DNA of 56,228 nt, taken from contig CAZBLS010000003.1 in the NCBI GenBank assembly GCA_964492705.1, positions 1 through 56,228 on the forward strand, given 5' to 3'. Shown here piece after piece: positions 9,009 through 16,517 of this stretch. The position numbers and the translations under genes are program-made. The stretch's first letter is position 1. Every line of letters begins with the position of its first letter. Under the pieces are notes generated by a model. That model saw only the letters and a list, made by a program, of their open reading frames with translations, was not told where the DNA came from and searched no databases. The stretch is from an uncultured Oscillospiraceae bacterium (lineage in GTDB: Bacteria > Bacillota > Clostridia > Christensenellales > QALW01).

Positions 9009-9226
9009 ATACCATTTTATACTTTGAATGAATGACGGTAAAAGGCAAGTGAGTAAAATAAATTCATATCGAAGATTACGCCGGTAAAACACCGACGCTT
9101 ATTTAAAAACACTCAAAAATTTCGATAATTCAGGTATCAAAAAGCTGTGTGTCAATACCGATTTCACATTACGCGCTGCTCATTCTTAACTGTTTACGAA
9201 AATCCCGTATCAAACGTATTTAAAGT

Positions 9227-9259
9227 AAAAATCCCGTTCGCAAAAGCGAACGGGATTTT
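9227..9259 (-). terminator. Intrinsic terminator directly after tRNA-Leu
   Basis: ATCCCGTTCGC / GCGAACGGGAT stem flanked by A and T runs. It abuts the tRNA CCA end. Confidence 0.75.
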
Positions 9260-9346
9260 TGGTGCAGGTAACAGGAGTTGAACCTGCATGAAATTGCTTT
9301 CACACGGACCTGAACCGTGCGCGTCTGCCAATTCCGCCATACCTGC
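9260..9346 (-). tRNA. tRNA-Leu (anticodon CAG), class II with long variable arm, CCA encoded
   Basis: Reverse complement is GCAGGTATGGCGGAATTGGCAGACGCGCACGGTTCAGGTCCGTGTGAAAGCAATTTCATGCAGGTTCAACTCCTGTTACCTGCACCA. Cloverleaf with anticodon loop TTCAGGT. Very similar to E. coli tRNA-Leu(CAG). Confidence 0.95.
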
Positions 9347-9360
9347 AAAGAACATAGTAT

Positions 9361-9388
9361 ATTATATTCGGTTTACGGAATTTGTCAA
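9361..9388 (-). promoter_or_regulatory. Consensus sigma-A promoter for tRNA-Leu
   Basis: On the - strand: TTGACA (9383-9388), 16 nt, TATAAT (9361-9366). About 14 nt upstream of the mature tRNA 5' end. Confidence 0.7.
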
Positions 9389-9391
9389 GCG

Positions 9392-9490
9392 TTATTTCCT
9401 GTACCTGCTTATTTGAAAAAAACACATTGTCACTATACCTGTAATTCCGCCAAGCATAAGACCTATCAAAAAAAGAATCAGCGCAAGCAT
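9392..9490 (-). CDS. Candidate 32-aa single-TM micropeptide (below ORF-track cutoff)
   Basis: MLALILFLIGLMLGGITGIVTMCFFQISRYRK. GAGGTGA SD 5 nt upstream of the ATG at 9490. Lies 40 nt downstream of the MATE gene on the same strand. No homology evidence. Confidence 0.3.
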   Translation of the reverse strand: MLALILFLIGLMLGGITGIVTMCFFQISRYRK

Positions 9491-9530
9491 AACGTCACCT
9501 CAACGTTATTTTGCACTGAAAAATAAAGTT

Positions 9531-10901
9531 TTATGCGGTTAATTCATTTTCAAATTTAACTTTTATGTGCTTCAAGGTTACAGTCGTGCATATAGCCAAG
9601 CACGAAAACGTTGCCAACCACGAAACGGGATAGGAAATAAGCAACCAAGCATAGGAATGGCATTGGGGAAGTGAGAATACCGAGTAAAGCCATACGATGC
9701 GCAGTACGCATACGCCAACAACGGTTATTATCATAGGTTGCACCGAATAACCCAATCCTCGGAGAGTACCTGTTAATACGTCCATTACACCACAGGTAAA
9801 ATAGGGCAAAACAAGGTATTGCATATGTTGAAGACCGTATTGTATAGCGGTTTCGGAGTCGGTTATATAAATTCCCAAAAGCGGTTCGGAGAATAGGTAC
9901 ATTGCAACTCCTGCAATAATGCCGAAAACCGATACGGTTATAAGGGAATATGCCGTTACAAGACCGATACGCTTTAAGTTTTTTGCGCCGTAATTCTGCG
10001 CACAGAAGTTAAGTGTAGTTTGATTAAAAGAGTTCATTGCGGTATATAAAAATCCCGAAATGCTTGAACCTGCGGAGTTTCCTGACATACAGTCTGTTCC
10101 GAAAGAGTTGATCGATGACTGTATAAGTACGTTGGAGATTGCAAAAAGTGAACTTTGAATGCCCGAGGGAATACCGATTTTAAGAATGTTAATAAGTGCT
10201 TTTTTATGAAAACGGCTTTCTCTTATATTAAAACGGCAAACATCCTGACGGCGCATCAGCGAATGAATAACGAGAAGTGCCGATATTGCCTGCGAAATCG
10301 AAGTGGCAAGTGCAACGCCTGCAACATCCATATTGAAAAATTTAACGAAGAAAACATTTAAAATAACGTTGACGACACCTGCAATGGTCAGGTAGATGAG
10401 CGGTCCGTTCGTATCGCCGGAGGCACGGAGTATTGCCGAACCGAAGTTGTAAAGCATACTGAAAATCATTCCGCCGAAATATATTTGCATATAAACGGTG
10501 GAAAGGGGGAGAACATCTTCGGGACATCCCATAAGACCTAAAAAAGTGCCTGAAAATATAATTCCCACAACGGTGAGAACCGCTCCGCCGAGAACAGACA
10601 GAGGAATTGCGGTATGTACGGCTTCGTGCACGTCTTTGTAATTTCCGGCACCGAGGGATTGGGCAACGGTCACGCCAACACCGACTGAAAGACCGATAAA
10701 AAGGTTTACCATAAGTCCCGTCAAAGAGCCTGTAGAACCTACTGCCGCAACAGATCTGCTTCCGCAATAAGTACCTACAACAATTAAGTCCGCCGCATTA
10801 AAGAAAAGTTGCAGTAGACCCGACAAAATTATCGGAAGAGTGTAAAGGATAATGTTTTTGAAAATAGGTCCCTTGCACATATTATCGGAATTAAATTTCA
10901 T
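9531..10901 (-). CDS. MATE family efflux transporter
   Basis: 456 aa, 12-TM profile, typical MATE N-terminus (IFKNIILYTLPIILSGLLQLFFNAADLIVVG). Confidence 0.9.
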   Translation of the reverse strand: MKFNSDNMCKGPIFKNIILYTLPIILSGLLQLFFNAADLIVVGTYCGSRSVAAVGSTGSLTGLMVNLFIGLSVGVGVTVAQSLGAGNYKDVHEAVHTAIPLSVLGGAVLTVVGIIFSGTFLGLMGCPEDVLPLSTVYMQIYFGGMIFSMLYNFGSAILRASGDTNGPLIYLTIAGVVNVILNVFFVKFFNMDVAGVALATSISQAISALLVIHSLMRRQDVCRFNIRESRFHKKALINILKIGIPSGIQSSLFAISNVLIQSSINSFGTDCMSGNSAGSSISGFLYTAMNSFNQTTLNFCAQNYGAKNLKRIGLVTAYSLITVSVFGIIAGVAMYLFSEPLLGIYITDSETAIQYGLQHMQYLVLPYFTCGVMDVLTGTLRGLGYSVQPMIITVVGVCVLRIVWLYSVFSLPQCHSYAWLLISYPVSWLATFSCLAICTTVTLKHIKVKFENELTA

Positions 10902-10989
10902 TATAAAATCCTCGCAAATTTACAATCAGTGATATTATATACCATAAGGTATCTTTTGTTAAGTTAATGCAATGTTAAAAAAATATGCA

Positions 10990-11874
10990 TTATCTGTTGC
11001 GGTATTGGGTAGGAGTAACATTGTAATACTTTTTAAAAGCAGAAGAAAAATAATCGCTGTTTTCAAATCCGCACAGGTATGCTACGTCACGTACGGACAG
11101 TTTTGTAGTACAGAGTAATTCGGCTGAAAATTGCATTTTCACCCTTTGAATTTCTTTTCCGATGCCGTTTCCTCTGCTTTTTATAAACAGATGTTGCAGA
11201 TATGACGGGGCAAGGTGGCAGTGTGAAGCCACGCTTTCCACGGTGATTTTTTCTCCGTAATGAGCCGAAATATAGTCAAGTGCTTGCGCAATATAGTTTG
11301 GTTCGGTGTTTTCTTTTAGTAATTTTCCGTTTTCGGACGAAAAAAGTGAACGCAGAAAACCGTCAAGTAACGAACAAAGGGTTTGCAGGTAAATTTTAAG
11401 CACGGGAATTTCCTTTTCCGGCTTAAAAATAAGTTCGGTATTATATAATGAAATTACTTCTTCTGAAGAAAGTCCTGTTTTCATTGCAAGTGCGTTTGCC
11501 GTTCGTAAGGGCAAATTTTTTTGCATTTGAGAAAAATATACCGTAAGATAATTTACCGAATTAAACGGTACCGATTGGGCAAGTTCGAAAACACCGCAGT
11601 AACAGTAAGTTTCGGTAGGGTGCAGGGGACAGAGGGACGTTTCGAAAAAATTCCGTTTGCGCACGCAGATGCCGTGAAGACGGGGATTTGACTTTATTGC
11701 CGTACAAAATCCGTTTAGATGCCAAGCGTTGACGTTTTTCAGTTCCTTTAAAGGAGAATTTTCCAAAACCGCATATCGGTCATTGATTATAACTTTAAGT
11801 TCGAGTTCCGTTTCCAAAATAGCAACAAAGTCAAAAATCTCCTTTGCTCGTTGTTTTAAAGATTTATCTTTCAT
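10990..11874 (-). CDS. AraC family transcriptional regulator with N-terminal Cys-containing sensor domain (PocR-like?)
   Basis: Trimmed to the ATG at 11874 behind AGGTGA. C-terminal AraC HTH (SVRDVAYLCGFENSDYFSSAFKKYYNVTPTQYR). The PocR-like assignment of the N-terminus is tentative. Confidence 0.85.
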   Translation of the reverse strand: MKDKSLKQRAKEIFDFVAILETELELKVIINDRYAVLENSPLKELKNVNAWHLNGFCTAIKSNPRLHGICVRKRNFFETSLCPLHPTETYCYCGVFELAQSVPFNSVNYLTVYFSQMQKNLPLRTANALAMKTGLSSEEVISLYNTELIFKPEKEIPVLKIYLQTLCSLLDGFLRSLFSSENGKLLKENTEPNYIAQALDYISAHYGEKITVESVASHCHLAPSYLQHLFIKSRGNGIGKEIQRVKMQFSAELLCTTKLSVRDVAYLCGFENSDYFSSAFKKYYNVTPTQYRNR

Positions 11875-11974
11875 AAAATCACCTAATCTAAAAGAAATAA
11901 AGCATAAAATCAAAGTTAATATTTATTATAAGTGATATAATAGTATTTGACAAGTGGAAAAGGAGATTTTTATT

Positions 11975-14251
11975 ATGTCAACGTATTGGTTGGATGCAAC
12001 GGATTTTAATAGAGGCGGTTGGCAACTTGATACGCAATTTGTGCGTGAAATGGGCACGTCTTATTTAATAGCCTGTGATATTCCGGGGGAAAGAGTAAAA
12101 GATGCGGAAGCGGTTTTTTCGGCGGAAAACGACGGATTTTACCGCATTTATGTACATACTCACAATTGGAAAACAGAGTATTCTCCCGGAAAATTCAATA
12201 TAGGCGTTGATGACGAAATTTTGCCGTCTGTGATGGGTGCAAAGCCTAACAGCAAATGGTATTGGGATATTGCAGGAGATATTTTTCTTAAAAAAGGCGA
12301 ACACAAACTTAAATTAAAAGATTTAACAGGATGGCTTGCAAGAGTTTCGGCAGTAGTGATCACCGATGACAGAGAGTTTTTTCTCGCAGGTGACGAAAAA
12401 CGGTTTTTGAAACAGCGTTCCGAAATTAAAGGCATAAATACAAAAATCCTTGACAGAGGAACGTGGGATCTTGTAGTTGTGGGCGCAGGCTCGGGAGGAG
12501 TACCCACGGCTGTTGCGGCAGCGAGAAAGGGGCTTAAAGTTGCCCTTATAACCGACCGTCCCGTAGTTGGCGGAAACGCTTCGGATGAGTCGTACGTTTC
12601 CTTTTCGGGCGCGGGAAGTCACAATGAGGGATCACAGGAAACGGGTATTGCCAATGAGATAAAGTGTCTTCATTATAAGTTTGACCTGACTTGGCAAGGG
12701 GCAATGGAAAAACTTATTGAAAACGAAAAGAATATTACGCTGTTTACAGACACTTTATGCACCGATGCCGAAACCGATAACGGAAAGATAACTTCCATTG
12801 AGTGCACCGATACGCTTACGCTTGAAAAAAGCCGTTATTACGCTCCTGTTTTTGCCGATTGCACAGGGGACTGTTGGCTTGCATACTATGCGGGGGCAAA
12901 ATACCGTATAGGGCGTGAGAGTTACAGAGAATATTTTGAAGATTCCGCACCCGAAAGCGGTGATATAATGACCATGAGCGGTTGTCTTAAAGGTCTTATC
13001 GGCAAAACGGAAATTACGGGATATTTAGCCGAAGATACAGGCGAAAAGCAGGAATTTGTTTTGCCCGAATTTTGCCGTAAACTGCCCGAAGAATTATACC
13101 GTGACTGCGGAAGAGTATACACGGCGGACTGGTGGCTTGAAAACACCAACGATTTCGACGATTTGTTTGACGGAGAATACACAAGAGATGAACTTATATG
13201 TCTTACGCTTGGGTATTTCGATTGGTTGAAAAATTCGGAAAAGACCAAAAAACAGGCTGAAAATTACAAGTTGACTGAACTTTCGGTATTTAATGCAAAA
13301 AGGGAAAACAGGCGTGTCTTAGGCGATTACGTGCTTAAATTCGGAGATTTAAAGAACAGTGTAAAATTCGAAGACGGCGTGGCATATTGCGGTTGGAATG
13401 TGGATGTGCATAATATAAAAGGTATGTTTTCGGGCAAAGAGGGACCCTTTGACCTTGATGAACATATAAAGCCGTCACAAATTCCGTACAGATGCTTATA
13501 TTCTAAAAACATAAACAATCTGTTTGTGGCTTCGAGGGGAATTTCGGTAACGCATATTGCTCTCGGTTCCACAAGGGTGCAAAGTACTATTGCAACGGTG
13601 GGTCAGGCAGTGGGTACTGCGGCAGCGTATTGCAAAAAATACGGAATTTTGCCCCGTGAAGTAGGGGAGAAGCATATAAAAGAACTTCAACAGCAACTGC
13701 TTCTTGATGATCAAACGCTGACAGGTGTATTTAATGAAGATGAGCGTGATTTGGCAAGAACGAGCCGAGTTTGGGCATCGGATACCGCAAAAGAAGAAAT
13801 AATTGCGTGTACGAAAAATTTCACCGTTTGCCCAAGTGCGGAAAACGTTATAAAGGGATATTTCAGAGATGAAAAAGTTTCTCAAGGTTGGTATTCCCAT
13901 ATAGGTCTTCCTCAAAGTTTGGTGTTTGAACTTGATAGAAAAAGCGAGATAAGCGCAATACAGGTAACAACCGATACCGACCTGTATAATCCCTTATGGT
14001 CATTTAGAGATATGCCTGTTTTCGGCAAGACCGCAACGAAAATAAAATACGAAGTTTTCGGCGAAAACGGTTGGGTAAGGGTAGGAGAAACGGAAAATAA
14101 TTTTCTAAGGGTAATGCGCATAACATTCCCCACCGTAACGGCAGATAAAGTTCGAATAACGGTTGAAGACTCAAATGACGGTAAAAGCGCAAAGATATTT
14201 GAAGTGAGAATATACGGTCAACAAGACGTTTTTGAGGAAATAATCGGTTGA
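11975..14251 (+). CDS. Multidomain FAD-dependent oxidoreductase (FAD_oxidored family) with beta-rich N-terminal domain and C-terminal discoidin/F5-8 type C-like domain
   Basis: Trimmed to the ATG at 11975 behind AAAGGAG. Rossmann motif VVVGAGSGGVPTAVAAARKGLKVALITDRPVVGGNASDE starts about 170 aa in. The C-terminal ~150 aa look like a galactose-binding-like jelly roll. Confidence 0.8.
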   Translation: MSTYWLDATDFNRGGWQLDTQFVREMGTSYLIACDIPGERVKDAEAVFSAENDGFYRIYVHTHNWKTEYSPGKFNIGVDDEILPSVMGAKPNSKWYWDIAGDIFLKKGEHKLKLKDLTGWLARVSAVVITDDREFFLAGDEKRFLKQRSEIKGINTKILDRGTWDLVVVGAGSGGVPTAVAAARKGLKVALITDRPVVGGNASDESYVSFSGAGSHNEGSQETGIANEIKCLHYKFDLTWQGAMEKLIENEKNITLFTDTLCTDAETDNGKITSIECTDTLTLEKSRYYAPVFADCTGDCWLAYYAGAKYRIGRESYREYFEDSAPESGDIMTMSGCLKGLIGKTEITGYLAEDTGEKQEFVLPEFCRKLPEELYRDCGRVYTADWWLENTNDFDDLFDGEYTRDELICLTLGYFDWLKNSEKTKKQAENYKLTELSVFNAKRENRRVLGDYVLKFGDLKNSVKFEDGVAYCGWNVDVHNIKGMFSGKEGPFDLDEHIKPSQIPYRCLYSKNINNLFVASRGISVTHIALGSTRVQSTIATVGQAVGTAAAYCKKYGILPREVGEKHIKELQQQLLLDDQTLTGVFNEDERDLARTSRVWASDTAKEEIIACTKNFTVCPSAENVIKGYFRDEKVSQGWYSHIGLPQSLVFELDRKSEISAIQVTTDTDLYNPLWSFRDMPVFGKTATKIKYEVFGENGWVRVGETENNFLRVMRITFPTVTADKVRITVEDSNDGKSAKIFEVRIYGQQDVFEEIIG

Positions 14252-14294
14252 CTTAGGCGGAAAAAAGGAGTACAATTTATTTGAGGTGAAAGAT

Positions 14295-14372
14295 ATGCTT
14301 TTTGGAATAAGCGTGGCAATTTGCACTCTTGTTTTGGGTGTTGCGGTTTACACGGAGTTTGCCGATGACTAA
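14295..14372 (+). CDS. Candidate 25-aa hydrophobic micropeptide overlapping the ybaK start
   Basis: MLFGISVAICTLVLGVAVYTEFADD. GAGGTGA SD 5 nt upstream. Its stop overlaps the ybaK ATG (ATGACTAA). No homology evidence. Confidence 0.25.
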   Translation: MLFGISVAICTLVLGVAVYTEFADD

Positions 14373-14829
14373 AACAAATGCAGTGCGTATGCTTGAAAAG
14401 GCGAAAATTCCTTTTGAAGTTTTTGAGTACAAATACGATGAAAACGATCTGTCGGGCGTGCACGCAGCCGAAAATTTGGGAATAGAGCCTAAACTCTTTT
14501 ATAAGACGCTTGTGCTTAAAGGTACGAAAAACGGCTTTTTCGTATGCTGTATAGCGGTTGATAAAGAGATAGACTTAAAAAAAGCCGCAAAGGCAATAAA
14601 CGATAAAAGTGCGGAAATGTTGCACGTTAAAGATCTTTTGCCCACCACGGGTTATATTAGAGGCGGATGTTCGCCTATCGGTATGAAAAAGCATTTTCCC
14701 ACGTTTTTTGACGTGAATTTACCGGAAGAAGTTTATGTTTCGGGAGGAACGAGAGGCTGTGCGGTAAAAATAAAAAGGGAACTGCTTATTCCCTTTGTAA
14801 ACGGTCAACTTTTTGACCTTATTAAGTGA
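14365..14829 (+). CDS. ybaK: Cys-tRNA(Pro)/Cys-tRNA(Cys) deacylase YbaK
   Basis: Trimmed to the ATG at 14365 (GGAG 7 nt upstream). MTKTNAVRMLEKAKIPFEVFEYKYDE...YKTLVLKG resembles E. coli YbaK. Confidence 0.85.
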   Translation: MTKTNAVRMLEKAKIPFEVFEYKYDENDLSGVHAAENLGIEPKLFYKTLVLKGTKNGFFVCCIAVDKEIDLKKAAKAINDKSAEMLHVKDLLPTTGYIRGGCSPIGMKKHFPTFFDVNLPEEVYVSGGTRGCAVKIKRELLIPFVNGQLFDLIK

Positions 14830-15802
14830 TATCTTCTTTTCCGTAAAATTTAAAACCGTCTTTTTCACAAAGAGCAAGTTCTGATAGGATTTGCTCTTTT
14901 GTTATTTCGCTGTGTTTAGGCACAATAATGAGAGTTTCTTTTCCGTCTCGGTCAATATATCCTATTGTTTTTCCGCTGAAATTTTTTAAAGCAACGCTTA
15001 CACCGCATATATAAGCATCCTGCAAGTCACCTTCGTTTGACCAAATACCGTTAACACATCCGTAGTTAAGAGGACTTGTTTCACTCTTTTCACGGGTAAT
15101 CATCACGTTTACGGTTTTGCCGATATGCTTTTCTATACTGTTTTCCTTGTTCATTTTGTTGTATACTAAAATTCCCACGGCACTTATAATTCCCGTTACA
15201 GCGAAGGCACAAATGCCGAAAATATAGTTTTCCGAGCCGAAAGCACCGCCCGAAACGGTGGAAGTTATCACCGAGGGAAACCTTGCAACGGTGGATATAA
15301 GCATATAAGCCCAAAAGTTAATGTGGGTGAGACCTGCTACGTACGAAAGCAGATCTTTCGGTGTGCCGGGTATGAAAAAGGCAAGAAACGTCAGAATATA
15401 GGTTTTCTTTTTATTGCGAAGAAATTTAACCGAATTTATTTTTTCCGCCGAGAAAAAAAGTTCCACAAATTTAATGCCCCACTTGCGTGTTAATAAAAAA
15501 ACGGTGGCTGAACCTAAACTTGCACCGACAGTGCACAGTATCGCTCCGGGGATTGCACCGAAAGCATATCCTGCAAGCATCTCAAAGGGTTCTCCGGGGA
15601 TAAATGCGAATATTACCTGAAAATAGACTGTGGCAATAAACAGCAGATAGCCCCAAATTCCGCAGGAGTCCACAAGATTACGGAACTTTTCGGGTTCACG
15701 GGCATATTTAACGAGGGGAGTACCTACAAAGTAGCAAACGGCTACTGTAAATACAAGGGCAACAACCGTTAAAACAATACCTAAAATCTTTTTCTTTTTC
15801 AT
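14822..15802 (-). CDS. TVP38/TMEM64 (DedA-superfamily) membrane protein fused to a C-terminal inorganic-pyrophosphatase-like domain
   Basis: Trimmed to the ATG at 15802 (MKKKKILGIV, GGAG SD); the ORF-track extension overlaps the SRP RNA. Polytopic N-terminal ~225 aa. The C-terminus NYGCVNGIWSNEGDLQDAYICG...LIIVPK resembles the family-I PPase core. Confidence 0.8.
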   Translation of the reverse strand: MKKKKILGIVLTVVALVFTVAVCYFVGTPLVKYAREPEKFRNLVDSCGIWGYLLFIATVYFQVIFAFIPGEPFEMLAGYAFGAIPGAILCTVGASLGSATVFLLTRKWGIKFVELFFSAEKINSVKFLRNKKKTYILTFLAFFIPGTPKDLLSYVAGLTHINFWAYMLISTVARFPSVITSTVSGGAFGSENYIFGICAFAVTGIISAVGILVYNKMNKENSIEKHIGKTVNVMITREKSETSPLNYGCVNGIWSNEGDLQDAYICGVSVALKNFSGKTIGYIDRDGKETLIIVPKHSEITKEQILSELALCEKDGFKFYGKEDIT

Positions 15803-15812
15803 ATTAAACTCC

Positions 15813-15949
15813 AAAAAAATTGCCTGTAAACTTGCATCAGATCGACCTGCGGCACATGCAACTAACTGCTTAATGCTGCTGCCTTCCGACCCTGACATGG
15901 TTCACAGCGTCACATTGCGCAGAACCCGATGCAAGTTTACAGACAACTT
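15813..15949 (-). ncRNA. ffs: Signal recognition particle RNA, short 4.5S type
   Basis: The - strand reads ...CCATGTCAGGGTCGGAAGGCAGCAGCATTAAGCAG..., the conserved SRP domain IV with GGAA tetraloop. It is closed by a perfect 15-bp helix (15824-15838 / 15928-15942) followed by a U7 tract. Ends are approximate. Confidence 0.85.
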
Positions 15950-15955
15950 GCATAT

Positions 15956-15984
15956 ATGATATCACATACGGCAAAAAAATGCAA
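15956..15984 (-). promoter_or_regulatory. Sigma-A promoter for SRP RNA
   Basis: On the - strand: TTGCAT (15979-15984), 17 nt, TGaTATCAT (-10 at 15956-15961, extended -10). Predicted TSS about 6 nt before the closing helix. Confidence 0.65.
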
Positions 15985-15991
15985 CCGATTT

Positions 15992-16459
15992 TTAATTTGC
16001 CTCGTTAAAAAAACTTAAAATCCAAAAAATGAGCAAACTTACAAAAAGCGCAAATGTCAGTGAATATACCGTCAGTTCGGAATGAACAAACTCTATTGCT
16101 TCTCCCAAAACGGTTGATCCCCTCGTAATAACAAACAGAATTCTCGCTCCTGTTTGAATTGCGTAAAGAGAAAATAAAAAATAAAGTGTTTTTAAAAGGG
16201 GACTTATTTTCTTTTTAACAAAAATCGAGATTATTACACCTAAAAGACCTATTGCGAAAACAAATGCAGTTGGAAAAATAAACTCACTCGGCGACGGCAG
16301 GGAAGAAAAGAGAAGTTTGAAATCCGACAAAAACATATTAAGCGTTACTTCTCCGCCTGAAAAACGGCGGTACAATGCGCAGATACCGAACACGGCGAAA
16401 GGTGAAAACAGTGCAAGTATGAGCCATATGAAGTTTTTCTTACTTTTGCGTTTTTTCAT
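15992..16459 (-). CDS. Hypothetical polytopic membrane protein
   Basis: 155 aa with about 4-5 hydrophobic helices and a basic N-terminus (MKKRKSKKNF). No recognisable motif. Confidence 0.6.
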   Translation of the reverse strand: MKKRKSKKNFIWLILALFSPFAVFGICALYRRFSGGEVTLNMFLSDFKLLFSSLPSPSEFIFPTAFVFAIGLLGVIISIFVKKKISPLLKTLYFLFSLYAIQTGARILFVITRGSTVLGEAIEFVHSELTVYSLTFALFVSLLIFWILSFFNEAN

Positions 16460-16470
16460 AAAATACCCGT

Positions 16471-16510
16471 TTAATATAACGCCCTAAAAAGGATTTCCTT
16501 TTTAGGGCGC
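16471..16510 (-). terminator. Intrinsic terminator after ftsH
   Basis: 13-bp perfect stem CGCCCTAAAAAGG (16480-16492) / CCTTTTTAGGGCG (16497-16509), 4-nt loop, T-rich trailer on the - strand. Confidence 0.75.
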
Positions 16511-16517
16511 AGTAAAA

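Noticed and set aside
9317-9526. 69-aa + strand ORF between tRNA-Leu and the MATE gene
   Set aside because: It starts inside the tRNA gene, runs across the tRNA promoter, and is antisense to a better-supported micro-ORF. It has no SD.
15803-15898. N-terminal 32 codons of ORF 14822..15898 (MSGSEGSSIKQLVACAAGRSDASLQAIFLEFN)
   Set aside because: This stretch is the SRP RNA gene read as protein. The real start is the ATG at 15802 with its own SD and a typical MKKKK signal-anchor start.
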